Below the pieces are notes generated by a model, which saw nothing but the letters and a program-made list of their open reading frames with translations, searched no databases and was not told where the DNA came from. Source: Hypanus sabinus (lineage: Eukaryota). From it: DNA of 64,000 bases. Below, piece by piece: positions 36,739 through 47,419 of the stretch. A program made the position numbers and the translations under genes. Position 1 is the stretch's first letter. Every line of letters begins with the position of its first letter. The stretch spans positions 62,806,001-62,870,000 of the forward strand of contig NC_082715.1 of the NCBI RefSeq assembly GCF_030144855.1, in the 5' to 3' direction.

Positions 36739-37408
36739 TTCAAGGTTTCAAAGGTTTCAAAGGGTTATTTAACGTCAGACAAACGTAGACACTATACATC
36801 CTGAAATGCTTTTTCTTCACAACCATCCACGAACACAGAGGAGTGCCCAAAGAATGAATGACAGTTAAATGTTAAAACCCCAAATTCCCCCCCCCCCACC
36901 AGCTTACCTCCCTCTCACACATAAGTAGCAACAAACAACGATCCACCCTCCCCCCATCAGCAAAAGAAAGCATTGGCATCTGCCACCAAGCACTCAAGCG
37001 TCAGCAAAGACACAGACTTGCAGTACCCCAAAGACTACTTATTCACCTGGTACTCAACATACCACAGGCCCGCTCTCTCCCTAATAAGGGAGAAAGAGGT
37101 GTCTCCGTTTCACAGCGACAGAGGAGACAGAGGAGACATAACAAACAACTCGCTGGTTTATGATGTTAAAAGTCCATTGTGTCGCTTTTCCTGAGCTCTG
37201 TGCCCAAAGACCTTGGGTCTCTGGGCACAGAGCCTTAGATGTTCCAACTCCCACGACACACCGATCTCCAGTCTGGATACCAACCTCCGACCACTCCGCC
37301 TTCAGAGCCACGAAATTTCATACCTCTGGAGGCGAGTGAAGCTCTTAGGCCATGCCCTTGGTGTGCTGAGAAACCCCGAGAGCGGGTCCAATTCCCACAA
37401 AGAACCGT
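36739..37408 (-). repeat. Unclassified non-coding retroposon, copy 2, inserted in the integrase
   Basis: Splits the integrase between ...EDLQSSVA and EL..GQPL. (ttcaaaggt)n tail. Related to 28700-29330. Confidence 0.65.
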
Positions 37409-38461
37409 AGCGACGGACGACTGCAGGTCCTCCTTTGGAGTTGTTCTGAGCCCCAGCAGGACCCGTGGGAGACGATCATGCCAACATCCATCCAACAAGG
37501 AAGCCCTCAGAGCAGTCTTTAAGGAGCAGTGGAACTGTTTGCATAGGCCATTAAACTGCAGGTGATATGCCGTGGTGTGATGTATCCAAACACTGAGGCT
37601 ATCACAGCCCGAGGTCTGATATGCATTGCGGACCACAGTCAGAGGAAATAAGAGATGGGATGTCAGACTGAGCAACTCAGGTGCTGATGTACTCCCAGGC
37701 CAGGTCTGCAGCCATCGTCGATGCTAGAGGGACGACCTCTGGCCAACTGGTGGTACAGTTCACCATGGTATGAAGGTGTGTGAAACCACAGGAATGGGGA
37801 AGAGGATCAACAAAGTCCACATTGACATGATCTCTCTGTTGCTCAGGAACCTCAAAGATGCCAATGCACATCACCCGTCGCGTTCCATAAGTCTGGATCC
37901 TGCCACCATTGGTGTCCAGCCGCAAGATTTTGTTGTTCCTTGCCTTTTCATCAAGAGGCAATGCGGGCAGCACACTCACTTGAGCACTTGTGTCACACAG
38001 GAAGTGTTGACCTTGAAGAGTGTCCTTAATGAATAGTAGACATCTGGAACCTACAGTGTTCACAGACCTCTGATATCCCAGTGTGCTGGCACTGTCGAAG
38101 CTGCAAGGCAGTCGGCACTTCCTGCGTTCATACCAAAGCGAGTGTGGTAAAAGCACAAACCTGGCATCATCTGGGTTGCAGTCACTGGCATCCTTATGGT
38201 GGAGGCCTTGCTAACCAGGCTTATTGAGGTAGGGAAGGGCAAAGGAATGATGCACCACTGCCCCGCTGAGTGTAGACTATAGCCATTTTAGCAAGCTCCC
38301 TATAGCCATCCACGGGTGCACTAGCAAGAGATATGTGAACTAGATCAGGCATTTGCTGCATGAAATGAAACAAGGATGGTGATTTCCCAGGAGAGATAGC
38401 ATGTGGTCCACTAGCTCTGATGGCTTAGCATTGCTGAGACTGGGCAAGGAGAGCAACTGTT

Positions 38462-38640
38462 TTTTTTTTATTACAAAATCCTTTATTACAAATATCGGTG
38501 CTATACAATATATACAAAACAGTGGCAAACACAATTACTGCACTACAAATAGACAATAGACATTACACCAGAATGTTGCCATCCCTATCCACGATGGCAT
38601 TTACACCCCGCGGAGCCCAACGGTCTCGAAACTCCTCCAG
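38462..38640 (-). mobile_element. Tx1/L1-clade LINE 3' stub with poly(A)
   Basis: Minus strand encodes LEEFRDRWAPRGVNAIVDRDGNILV*. AATAAA at 38482-87, poly(A), and TSD ACTGTT (38456-61, 38641-46). Confidence 0.8.
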
Positions 38641-39142
38641 ACTGTTGGGTGTGCTCAGATTCCTATAGTCCAAAAGCCTATAAAAGGTGTTCAGCTGAGT
38701 GTTCTAGTAGACTCACCACTCTCTCAGCCGTGGATTGTCTGGGTGATGCTACCACACAGTAAAACTTAGTGTCACCAGCAGAGATTTCTCACCATGCGAA
38801 CTGGGCCTTGGCTTGTACAAACCAAGCAAAGACATATTGTTCCCAAAACTCCGACAGTTTCAAAGAGACTACGTTGGCCAACGTGTTCAGTAAGTCTGGA
38901 ATAGTCTTAGAGTATCATGGTCACCAGCATAGGTTTTCACAAATAAATTTTGGCAGAGGCATTTTAAGTTTCATGAAAGCCGTAGCAACTCATTTATTGA
39001 ACACGAAATACTAAACACAAAGCATGCTAACAGTCCTTTACATAATTACCTCATCATGTCATACCCACCTCTTGAAGTGAAATGCAACCCAAGGTCGGTG
39101 GTTGTGAGTTCTGTACATTGCCACCAATTACATTACCCTACA

Positions 39143-39685
39143 TGCCCACACATGCCACTTCATTGCTAGCCTGTCACTACAAGACTTAGGTTAGCTTGGG
39201 ATGGGAAGGGTGGATGACGACAGTGACTTGTGCAAGTTTAAAGTGAGAAAGAGTTGTGCAGCATCAAACTCAGTCACATGTCTGAGACCGTCAGTATCCG
39301 GTGGCAAGGTGGAGTCAAGATGGCTGGAGATGGAGTCAGCCGCAGTGGATGACTCTTAGTTCCGTTTCATGCTCTTAGCACCCCACAGCGCCTTTCTGGG
39401 TCTGCCTTCCTGCATGTTGATCCAGACTAGTGGTTACCTCCATGCAGTCTTTGCTAGCTTGGGTAGGCAAGCCCAAACTCACCAAGGGCTGAAGACCCAA
39501 CAGTTACTCTTGCCTGGTTTAGCCTGCTTGTCGAAGCAGTTTACGAAGGTGTGGCCGCTGTCACTAGCAAATGGCTGTTTAGAGCCACAGGTCAGAGCTG
39601 AGTGGGGTTCAATAGTGGACAAACTACTCCCAAGGGAGTATGAATTGCCAGCTCCATCAGAGCTGCTACCCCTCCCTGACACCCC
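39143..39685 (-). mobile_element. 5' UTR of the RTE LINE
   Basis: Contiguous with 36138 once the Gypsy insert and its TSD are removed. GC-richer and structured, and begins with an HDV-like fold. Confidence 0.6.
39508..39685 (-). ncRNA. HDV-like (double-pseudoknot) ribozyme fossil
   Basis: P1 GGGGUGU/ACACCUU, P2 ..CCUGU/AC(C)AGG.., P3 GGC/GCC, P4 CUGCUU-cgac-AAGCAG and J4/2 GCUAA occur in the correct order. P1.1 and L3 are decayed or extended. Confidence 0.65.
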
Positions 39686-40376
39686 ATTCACCAAGGCGGA
39701 CATCTCACGGCATCTTCCCCCTTTTCTCTGGTTTCTTTAAAAAAAAAGTTGCTGATTTGACAATGTTATGCTTTTCTTCAACAATATGAGACTGAAAATT
39801 GATTTATTCTTAAGACTAATAGATAACCACTACGTCTAGGTTTGCTTTAATCATAATTCCGACCATCTATTTCCTGGTGTGAGTCATCCTTAATCCTGAG
39901 GTGAACTCCACATTAGCAGGCACGGGATTACATCACTCTGAATGGAAAGCTCCATTTGGAGTACAATAGGAGTTCATCGATCATGTAGTCCATTCTTGAT
40001 CTCTCCTGAGACTTGTACTGCGCTGGACAGAATTACTCACCTTCATCCTTGGCACCTATCACCTTTGCACAACATCATCTCTGATCTCCAGACCCTGACT
40101 CTGACCCTATGATCTCACCCCCACCAAGCAAAAATTACAATTCTTGATAACCCCTCTGTAACAACAGTCTCCATTCCCTCCAACTGCTCAACCCCTGTTT
40201 ACAACACCACCTCTGCTCCATCAGGCCACTAATTGCTCAGTTGCCAGATCCTCAAACTCCCCAACTCCGGCACAAATGAAGTACTGCGTAGTGGATCTAC
40301 AACTGAACCATTGGTTACCCTGTCCCCTGCTTGATGCATTAGAATTTTCAAGATCTGAATCTTCACAATTTGCTTA

Positions 40377-40406
40377 TGCTGCCATCTAGTGTTTTTAACA
40401 TTGGAG
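40377..40406 (-). promoter_or_regulatory. Candidate CTCF binding site
   Basis: Minus strand ACACTAGATGGCAGCA (one change from the CCACTAGATGGCAGCA-type core), preceded by the upstream-motif-like CTCCAATGTT. Confidence 0.4.
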
Positions 40407-41868
40407 CACAGATTGCCTAGACACTAATGGCATGGAATCCCATTGAATATTGTAAACCTTATTTTTAAAGTACAGTCAAATCCAGTTAATGTAGCCAGAC
40501 TTACATTAAGGATTTTAACTATAGGCACAAGAAGGACATCGGAGAGTAAACTCAGGAACATTTCGAATCAAGTATTCTGGATCATGTCATCTAACAAGCC
40601 CAATTTACATGGATGGTTTGCCTTAACCATGTATGACTATCAGGCAGGTTCTTTCTTATCTGTCTCACACAACTGAAACCTCAACACTTCACAATTAAGT
40701 TTCATCCAATTCATGGATTCCAGCAACTCCCTGAATTTGGTAATATCTGTAAACAGTTAGAATCCCCTCCCCTTAACTTCCATACTAATCACCAGATCTA
40801 AAGATCCTATGGCTTTCTCCCCCAATAAGTTCAGGACAATCCATTCAAATGTCTGTTTCATTTTTCCTGCTCATTTAGCACTACCAAAAGTCTTACTCAA
40901 TATTCCCCATGCATAAACCCAAAACTAATTCTACTATCATGAACTGGTTTTGACCATGAGATACACATGGCCTGTTGTACCTAATTTCACATATCTCTAA
41001 AAATACATCATTCCTCCCAACTCCCATTGTAGCTGATAGATTGCAGCTCTCCAGCATCAAGTATTCTCCTTCCCAGTAAACTTGGCATCTGTTTCTCTTC
41101 AAATCCAAAATCTTTAGCTCTTTAATTTATGAACTATTATTCTCAAATATTATTCTAAACGATTGGCATGATCAAGGTCAGAAATTCTCTGCCAGATCAC
41201 TAAAACATCCTTAGTCAAAACCCAGGAATTTAGGGCATGTGCCTCTTACAACAAAAAAGAAGTAGGGTTGAAAGAAGGATAGACTTAATGAATGTAAAAC
41301 AAAATGATCAGTTTTCTGTGATTGTTGTGATGGCAGTAAGTTAAGTGTGTTGACAGGATTAAGGCTGCAAATATGAAAAGCACTTGAAGAGCTTAACTGG
41401 AGAAAGAATCTTAATGGGGGCCTGCCGGTACAGAACTTAAATTAGAGAGGAGATGGTGAAGTTAGCTAATGTATAATTACCAAAGATAAAAGCATTCAGG
41501 TTAAACTTAAGAAAAAGAAAATGGAAAATAACTAATTATGAACTCATGAAGTTAGGTGAGCAATTGAGAACACAAAAACATAATGGGTTAAAACTTCGGT
41601 GTGAAATAGGTGGAAAGCAATTATCATGCTTGATGGGAGTTTAAGTAACACTTTGAAATTCTAGTCTGAATTTTGGTTTAATGGATGCTTTAGAGCCTCT
41701 AATGTCAGCAATTGATTATTTCAATATTATCTGAATATTTGCTGGTACAGGATGTGAGAAAGCAAACAAGGTAAGATGGCAGCTAATCCAAATGAAATGG
41801 GCGTCATTTCTGAGGGAAGAAATTTTTTTTGTTGAAAGGCATGAAGCTGGCCTCTTATAGCATCATAG

Positions 41869-42088
41869 TCAGGTTTCCTCCCTTATCCTAACAGTGTGTG
41901 TAGTTTGGTAGGTTAATTGGGCACTGAAAGTCACCCCAAGTTTGTAAGTGAATGGTGGGAGGCGGTGGAAGTTGAGAAATGTGGGGAAAATTAAAGATGA
42001 GTTTAATGTGGGACTAACGTAAATGGGCGGTTGATGGTTGGTGTAGATTGAGTAACCCAGAGAGCCAGTTTTCATGCTGCATCTCTCA
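41869..42088 (+). mobile_element. V-SINE 3' fragment
   Basis: ggtttcctcc...ggtaggttaattgg...gaaatgtgggga...aaatgggcggttgatggttgg...tgctgcatctctc parallels the 3' half of 7991-8335. Confidence 0.6.
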
Positions 42089-42594
42089 TCGCTAAATTCC
42101 CTTTTGAAAGATCTGAATGCAGAGCGTGTAGTTAGTTCACAAAACAGATTTTTCTCTTCCTCTGAAAGAGTAATGTGTTCTTAAACAAAAGGATAATTTC
42201 TTTCATTGTTGAAGCAAATCCAGCAAGCATTTGTCTCCAGTTTTACCTACTTAAGTAAATTCCATATCCATGAATTCCTGATCTATTTTGCTAGAAGTGA
42301 CTTTCTGAAAGGGGCACTGCTTGTTCAGGATTTGAAGTATGACACCGTGCTAAGTTAAGTGGTTCCAGGAATGTGGAAATGTAGAACAGCAAAAAAAACA
42401 GTACTCTTACAACAGCTGTTTCTGCCCAAAATTTGATTTGATCAGGTCATTTTGCATTAGGAAATAGCACAACTGAATCTCAAAGTCTGAAACAATTGTG
42501 CATGTATTATTATCTCTTTAGCTCAATAATATGTACACATAAAATACCTTGCGTATGGAAAGTGTCCAAAATAGGGCAATAGATTAGAAAAATG

Positions 42595-42990
42595 GTGGGG
42601 GGGAATCTCATTAAAACCTATCAAATATTGAAAGGCTTAGATAGAGTGGACAGGGACTAGATGTTTCCTACAGTGGGGAGTCTAGGACCAGAGGGCACAG
42701 CCTTAGAATAGAGGGACGTCCATTTAGAACAAAGGTGAGAAAGAATTTCTTTAGCCAGGGGTTGGTGAATCTGTGGAATTCATTTCCACAGATGGCTGTG
42801 GAGATCAAGTCATTTGCTATATCTAAAGCTGAGATTGATAGGTTCTTGATTAGTAGGGACATCAAAGGTTCTGGAGAGAAGGTAAGAAAATGGGATTCAG
42901 AGGAATAATAAATCATCCATAATGGAATGGCAGAGCTGACGTGATGGGGCCTAATGGCCTAATTCTGCTCCTTTGTCTTAAAGTCTATGT
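42595..42990 (+). mobile_element. CR1 LINE 3' end
   Basis: LIKTYQILKGLDRVD...SRTRGHSLRI...NFFSQGLVNLWNS; tail cctaattctgctcct. Confidence 0.88.
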
Positions 42991-43559
42991 ACTGGCAGTT
43001 CCTATATCCGCTTCTCCTATGCCTATCCCTTCCCATTTTGGAAGTATTGGAGAACATACCACTCAGAGATCAAGGTCTCAAATGTAGAAGTCAGCTGCCC
43101 ATGGGATAAGCAGGCTTTTGATGGAATTTTCATAATGGAGCATGCAATTGACACTGAATATTGGAGCCAATAATAAACAAGTGTGTATATTTTGCAAGAA
43201 CTATTAATGTATATCACATTGTATATACATGCTTCTTTTCAAGAAAAGCCATCCATCTGTTTCTACTGCTGCTCTTCTGTTGTGGTTAAGTGATTTCATG
43301 GCTGACATTTTTTTTGAATAAAGCACCATCTGGAGAAAGTGCTGAGAAAAAAAGACTAAATATAGGCTAGGTCAGAAATCTGATCCGATAATAGAATCAT
43401 GATGCAAATGGAGGTGGTGGAGTGAGTGGGTGGTGGGAGATATTCTGTTGCCAGATACTTGTAAGTTTCCCACAGATCCTGCCAACTTTAACACTGACAG
43501 AATTTTATATTTTTTAAATAAATTTCCATCACAACCAGTCAGCATGGCAGTCAGATGGA

Positions 43560-43890
43560 GAAGGCACAAGAGACTGCAGATGCTGGAAGCTGGAGTAACA
43601 AACAAGGTGCTGGAGGAACTCAGCAGGTCAATCAGTGAATGGAAATGGACAGTCAGTAGTTTCTGTTGAAACTTTTCATCGGGAATGAAAGTCAGAGGGG
43701 AGATTGCCAGTTTAAAGATATGAGGCAAAAGGAATAGGCCAAGAATTAGCCAGCAGTAGGTGGATCTAAGCAAAGAAGGCAGGTGGCGAAGTGGAGAGTG
43801 GGAATAGCAACAGAGTCTGGGCTGAGGTAACAAAACCTTCAGTTGACAGAATCTGATAGGAAAGGATGATGGAGTATGGAAGGTAGAAGC
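43560..43890 (-). mobile_element. Decayed Penelope pLTR / 3' region
   Basis: cacaagagactgcagatgctgg...gctggaggaactcagcaggtca...ggacagtc...ttcatcggg, then a purine-rich tract. Confidence 0.65.
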
Positions 43891-44043
43891 TCAGACAGAA
43901 CATAGTACCTTCACAAACTCCCATGCCCCCCCAATGATCTGTGATTTCAGTCTCTGAGGATGACCCACAGCACCCTTCGTGAGAGCGGACCCACAGAAAG
44001 CACCTGGCCCAAAAGGTGTACCTGCCTGAGTATTGATAACTTA

Positions 44044-46115
44044 CATAGAAACATAGAGAACCAACAGCACAATACAGGCCCTTCGGCCCACAAAGCTGTG
44101 CCGAACATGTCCTTACCTGAGAAATTACCTAGGGTTACTTATAGCCCTCTATTTTTCTGAGCTCCATATACCTGTCCAGGAGTCTCTTAGGTTACGTCCA
44201 CACTACACTGGATAAATCCGTAACCGAAGCTTTTTCTGTTCGTTTTTACCCTCCGTCCACACTAAAATGGCATTTTCATCCCCAGAAACCGGAGCTTTTC
44301 AGAAACGCTTTCCAGGGTGGGTATTTTTGAAAACGCTGCTCAGGCAGATCAGTGTGGACGGAGTAACCGGAGACTTCTGAAAACGCTGTCAGACGGCAGC
44401 GCGCTATTTCATTGTTTTCTTGAACGCAACCTGACAATTTCAGAACAGACAGCAATGAGACTGAAGCCAAAAGAATTAGAAATGTACTCACCAAATACTT
44501 TGACCCATAACTTACTGAAGAAATATACTCAATTTGCCCTGTTTTCTGTCCTTGCTTGTATGAAGGCAGTTTACCTATTTATGCAAGTACTTCTCTGACA
44601 ATAGATGTGTAACAGCGTAATGTAACATTGTATGGAAATACAAGATAACACTGATACAGACATGTTTAACACATTTAACAAGGGGCTTTATTAATACAAC
44701 AGAGTTAGTCAGTTTTTCAATGTTCATCATCAGCCGGGTCATACTGTCGTGAACTCCCTGTCGGTTGCTTCCGTACACTCCAGTATTTGTTTTTTTTTAC
44801 TTTTAAGTTCTCCTGAGCGAAAGCCAAGAGCCGTCCATCGTTTTAAGTTTTTCTAGTCTGTAACTACACAAATGTGCACTTTTATGGCGAGATTCGACAC
44901 CAAACATGTCGCTTGTTTTTGGTAGATGTGTCCTGCACGTGCGCAGTAGGAGGAGATTGGCCGAAATCTCCGTTTCAATGTGGATAGAGATATTTTCAAA
45001 AATGAATAGTGTGGACGCCTATCATTTTTACGTGAAACCGGCGTTTTCAAAATTACCCAGTCTAGTGTGGATGTAGCCCTAGAAGACCTATCGTATCCGC
45101 CTTCACCACGTCACCAGCAGCCCATTCCGTGCATTCACCACTCTCTGCATAAAAAACTTACCCCTGATATCTCCTCTGTACTTACTTCTAAGCACCTTAA
45201 AATTGTGCCCTCTCATGATAGCCATTTCAGCCCTGTGAAAAAAAGCCACAGTCAATACCTCCCATCATCTTAAAAACCTCTATCAGGTCACCTGTCATCC
45301 TCTGTCGCTCCAAGAAGAAAAGGCCGAGTTCAGTCAATCTATTCTCATAAGGCATGCTCCTCAATCCAGGCAACATTCTTGTAAGTCTCCTCTGCACTCT
45401 TTCTATGGTTTCCACATCCTTCCTATAATGCGGTGACGAGAGCTGAGCTCAGTACCCCAAGCGGGGTCTGACCAGGGTCCCATATAGCTGCAACATTACT
45501 CAGCTCTTAAACTAATTGATGAAGGCCAATGCACCATATTGTTTCTTAACCACAGAGTCAACTTGCACAGCAGCTTCGAGTATCCTATGGGCTCGGACCC
45601 CAAGATCCCTCTGATCCTCAACACTACCAAGAGTCTTGCCATTAATGCTATATTCTGTCATCATATTTGACCTACCAAAATGAACCACCTCACACTTATC
45701 TGGGTTGAACTCCATCTGCCACTGCTCCCCATTTTGCATCCTACCAATTTCCTTCTGTAACCTTTGATAGCCCTCCACACTATCCACAACACCTCCAACC
45801 TTTGTGTCATCAGCAAATTTACTAATCCATCCCTCCACATCTTCATCCAGGTCATTTATAAAAATCACGAAGAGTAGAGGTCCCAGAACAGATCCCTGAA
45901 TCACACCACCAGTGACCGACCTCCATGCAGAACATGACCTATCTACAACCACTCTTTGCATCCTGTGGACAAGCCAGTTCTAGATCCACAAAGCAATGTC
46001 CCTTTGGATCCCATGCCTCCTTGCTTTCTCAATAAGCCTTGCATGAGGTACTTTGTCAAATGCCTTTCACAAAGCCATGCTGACTATTCCTAAACATATT
46101 ATGCCTCTCCAATGT
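44044..46115 (-). mobile_element. CR1 LINE (RT and tail), split by the Harbinger MITE
   Basis: ORF 45512-45961 encodes QGSVLGPLLFVIFINDLD...ISKFADDTK; tail catagaaacatag. Sequence is continuous across 44190-45078. Confidence 0.92.
44190..45078. mobile_element. PIF/Harbinger-like non-autonomous DNA transposon, copy 2
   Basis: TIR GGTTACGTCCACACT...AGTGTGGATGTAGCC, flanks TTA/CTA. Colinear with 21621-22509. Confidence 0.88.
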
Positions 46116-46117
46116 TC

Positions 46118-47415
46118 CCTCTGGGCTTGATTGAGAATTACGGGATCTATTATCAGTTGTTCTTTACATCTTTTCATACCTTTTCTTCTCTTCTGTAAAT
46201 ATGTTGTGGTTATCGAAGTGTGTGGTGATTAGTTGCGAGACACATGAATTACAATTTTATATATAGTTTGTAAACGTAAAAGGATGATATTTTGATGGGT
46301 CTTTTGTGATTTCCCCTTTAGGTAAAAGGTAGGTTTTACCTTCTGTCAAAAATTCAGCCACTTTTTTCAGGATTTAAAAAAAAATTGTGATATGCATTAA
46401 TAGTTATGGATGAAGACAAGTAAGTTTTTTATATCAATAATTATGAATATTATCACTCCCAGTACTTTTCCAATTGTGGGTATTTTCATAACCTCTTTCA
46501 GCATATCCATTGTAACTTCAGGTAATTGCATTTCTTCAGTCGTGTGTGTGCTTTTTCCTCCCTAATTCAGCTTGCTTTTTGATTGTGCATCACCTTGTTT
46601 GACTAGACGTTAGACCAAAACTAAATTATGTCTTTTTTGTTGGTAATTCTGTGCTGGGGTTGGCGACATTTTCCTGTGTCAAATTTAGTTTCAAAATCCT
46701 GTATAAATCTTTTTCATTGTTTCTGAACTGATGATTCTGTTTTCTTCATCTGGTGCATTTCAAGTATCTATTTAGACTGATTTTGTATGCACCAAGATTT
46801 TGTTTCAGTGCATCTATAAATTTGACAGTGCTTTCATCAGGTTGGTCATATCTTATATGGGCCTTATTTTTCCTTAACTATTCACTTAAGTTTCTTGCTC
46901 ATGATATCCATTTTATACTCCATTTAGCAAGCTATTTCTGCTTTCAATTTTTCAAAGTTTTCAATTTTGTTTTTTTAACTTCTTCTGATATTTCAGGGTT
47001 CTCATTTCATTACTCAGTTTTGAGTTTCTATTAATGAATGTCTCTGTTTTGGAGCCATTGCATTGCACTGCACTGCTGTTAATGCTGCACAGTAGGTTAT
47101 TGTGTGTAGTTCTTCAATCGTTTCAAGCTTTCCTAAATTTTGTGGTAATATAATATTGTTGAGAGTATTAACAACTTTTGCAAATTTTGATGATGTATTT
47201 TGTTTTGGTATGTAGGGTCAGTGTTGGGTCAATGCTCATATATTTTGTTAGCGTGGTGTTAAATATTAGGATAATTTTGTCTGCAAGCTCAACTTCATCA
47301 TTGGCATTCTGCAGAGGCTCAAAATCTGTGTTGCTGCTATTAATGTCTGATTGTGAAGCTGTTAAAATAATTGTATTTTCATCAGTGCTTCAGTGATTGG
47401 CATCTTCATTATTTT
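46118..47415 (-). mobile_element. R4/Dong-clade non-LTR retrotransposon fragment (N-terminal region and RT start; pseudogenised)
   Basis: Manual minus-strand translation across frameshifts gives PYIPKQNTSSKFAKVV..EELHTITYCAALTAVQCN, IDALKQNLGAYKIRLNRY, FRNNEKDLYR, HNWKSTGSDNIHNY, FLTEGKTYLLPKG..KDPSKY, CKEQLIID. Confidence 0.8.
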
Positions 47416-47419
47416 GTAG

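Larger units (their letters stand above)
36139..39142 (-). mobile_element. Older CsRn1-like Gypsy element lacking RT/RNase H, nested in the RTE 5' UTR
   Basis: Diverged LTRs at about 36139-36300 and 38928-39142, flanks TACC/TGCC, PBS remnant TGGTGACC at 38919-26. Gag VSLKLSEFW..; CHCC knuckle CFYHTRFGMNARKCRLPC (1-nt frameshift); protease LCDTSAQVSVLP; integrase motifs. Confidence 0.85.

Noticed and set aside
39900-41160. Strand-asymmetric block that might be a very old LTR/ERV internal region
   Set aside because: I could not recover gag, protease or RT motifs, or LTRs, by eye.
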